Shown here piece by piece: positions 62,001 through 64,000 of a stretch of DNA of 64,000 nt (position 1 is the first letter of the stretch; the number at the start of each line of letters is the position of its first letter). The notes beneath the pieces were generated by a model. The model worked only from the letters and a program-made list of their open reading frames with translations, ran no database searches and was not told the origin of the DNA. The position numbers and the translations under genes are program-made. Source of the stretch: Bugula neritina (lineage: Eukaryota > Animalia > Bryozoa); contig OZ037770.1 in NCBI GenBank assembly GCA_964035545.1, positions 10,484,973 through 10,548,972 of the forward strand. Direction: 5' to 3'.

Positions 62001-63441
62001 GATAGCCTATCCTGCTATATATCACTATACCATATCATATCATAATACTGTAACTTGCAGTAACAGTAGACGAGAGTTCTGGGGTACTGAGTGGTGGGGA
62101 CTTGAACTTGCTAACAGATGGAGATCTCGTAACTACCGTCTGTGTAGATAGAGGTAGTGAGGTACGTGAGTTGTGAGTAACTGTTCTTCCTGTGTTGCAA
62201 AGGTTGTGTGGTTAGAGCACTGGCTGAGACAGTATGTTGTTATTCGTTCGAATCTCAGTAGAGGTCATCTGTGATCATCTTCGCCGCAATGGAAAATAAA
62301 TTCATAGACTAATTAAAAAGACTCTTCCAATAGGGGTTCCCACAGAGATGGTAGCTGTACAAACCCAGTATATGTAATTTGATAAAATTGCTAACTATGC
62401 TGCCAATACATGATACTCAATGCCTATGATCTTGGCTGTTTGCAGCTGCATAATATTACTTCCTGTTTCGAAAAATAAGATAACTCCTAATGAGTTTTGG
62501 AAAATAAAATTTAAGAGAATCTGATTCAGTATCATTATGGCCTAATAGTTATGTCTCAATGCCTCTTATTGGCTGATTATAAAGACTCTGTATTGTAGAA
62601 TGTACCAAGGGTCACCTTTCTCATCAATTCACGTATTTCTATTGCCGAAGTGAGGATATGGGCAAGTCCAAACAATTATCGTAAGTTTTAAATAAAAATA
62701 GTTAATTTGTAGCAAACGTTTATAATTATGACTTGTAGAATTATATAACTGTTGAACTATTTTGTAGCTTAATTCAGATTTTAAAGTCTCTTTATTTACG
62801 TATATATGTGGAGTTCAGTAATTTTAACATAATATTAGTTCATTATACTTAATGGTGCTGTCTATATAGTAACTTCAGTATTCTATGTTGCTATGTATTG
62901 CACTATAATTGGCATTCACAAAAAAGTATAAATTTAACTTTTAACATTTCTGTTCATATTGTTATAAAATTCATTTTATACCAATTGAAAACTAAAATAC
63001 AAGCGAAAAATCAACTATAAGCAAATTATATTAATATTGAAAAGACAATTACAACTTTAATCATCTGAAAAATAAAGCCGGCCGGGGAATCCAATCTACG
63101 TAGAATTTTAACTCATAAGAATTTAACAAAGTTATAACTGTGCTTGATCTACAAAAATGCTAAAAAATTGTTTTTGTATTAAATAAATAACACATTTGCT
63201 TTCATTCAATTGTTTTTTATCAATTTCAGATTTAGAACTAACAGAGGTAGGTATCAGGCAAGGTAAACAAAATGGTAATTATCGAAAACTTCATGAGGCT
63301 ACGCATGACCCAGTTAACTCTAACCCTATGGTTTATCCAAACGTTGAACTCTCCTTTGATGGAGTTCAACGAATAGAGATAATCAGAGACATGGCTGACC
63401 CTTTGTGCATGGCAGAAGTTGAAATCATTAAAACTAATTAA
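59076..63441 (+). CDS. Secreted protein: signal peptide, PAN/apple-like domain, Thr-rich mucin stalk, discoidin/F-type-lectin-like beta-sandwich, ~348 aa; exons 59076-59153, 61013-61586, 62061-62161, 62599-62680, 63230-63441
   Basis: Phases 0,1,0,1 are consistent. CVSKCLSSARYCQSVTYD..TCSM is PAN-like; a poly-Thr/Pro tract follows; LLTDGD...IAEVRIW...LCMAEVEI resembles the galactose-binding-like fold. Confidence 0.75.
62195..62375 (+). mobile_element. tRNA-derived SINE fragment in an intron
   Basis: GTGGTTAGAGC ... GTTCGAATCTC boxes; 3' motif shared with 25430 and 40930. Confidence 0.5.
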
Positions 63442-64000
63442 AACCCAATGCTGAGAAAATGTGAAGCAGCTTTTTAAAATAACAATTTTTAGTTTTCATA
63501 TATATTGTAAACTTGTGAAAATTGATTACGCAAATCTATTCGGCTGCATGGCATGATTTGGTCACTGTAAGATGAAATATTAACATTTATGAAACAATAG
63601 TAGACACATAATCTACCATAAATAAGCAAAAATATTGTATGACTATTTTGTGTTGTGGAAGGTTGAAATATTTTGTTTTACTTTATTCCATTTATACTTA
63701 AATATATTGTAAGTGTTGTAACAATTCTACTATTGAAATGTCTGCTGCAGAATATAGAAAACTAAGGGGTTCCAAGTAATAATAAAGCTTATTGTGCAGA
63801 CAAGTCTTCTATAACCACTACAGTTTCCTGCTTGAAGAGAAAAATATCAAATCTCAATTTACTGCATGAAGTTAAATGTTACAATTTTTAATCACCAACA
63901 TTAACACCTTTAGCTATTTTTACTTATGCACACTGCTTTAGTCAAGAAACTATTTTCAGGAGCAAATTGCCATTTCAAGCTAAGTTCCATTTTCAAATTG

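Noticed and set aside
30519-62375. tRNA genes at A/B-box-like sites (30519, 32560, 36250, 41070, 50060, 62200)
   Set aside because: No complete cloverleaf or acceptor stem; better explained as SINE heads.

Overview
AT-rich, intron-rich metazoan genomic DNA, probably a marine invertebrate (the taxon is inferred). (1) 1-37 kb holds a tandem cluster of RING-B-box-B-box-coiled-coil-beta-propeller (TRIM/NHL-like) genes. It comprises the 3' half of copy 1, a complete 8-exon copy 2 (~608 aa, one GC-AG intron) and a truncated RING-B-B copy 3. The propeller exons show clustered non-synonymous divergence, and a perfect kappaB site lies in the putative promoter. (2) A 14.4-kb foldback/hAT-like element (7648-22012) is inserted in that promoter. 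It has ~440-bp TIRs, an 8-bp TSD and an empty site visible in the paralogue. Its almost pure A/T core has received two young full-length Ty3/Gypsy retrotransposons: one with a single in-frame stop, one intact with a U_UUA_AAC -1 frameshift signal. (3) A 23-exon exportin-4 gene lies on the minus strand (37912-54534) with an AT-AC U12 intron; its 3' end was co-duplicated with the TRIM units. (4) A 392-bp element in a (TA)n tract (58143-58534) carries two identical type I hammerhead ribozymes 272 nt apart around a highly self-complementary sequence, i.e. a retrozyme-like template for a small circular RNA. (5) A secreted PAN/apple-mucin-discoidin/F-lectin-like gene has two duplicated signal-peptide exons. 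Many MITEs, tRNA-derived SINE fragments and mini/microsatellites are also present. All coordinates and alignments were made by eye.
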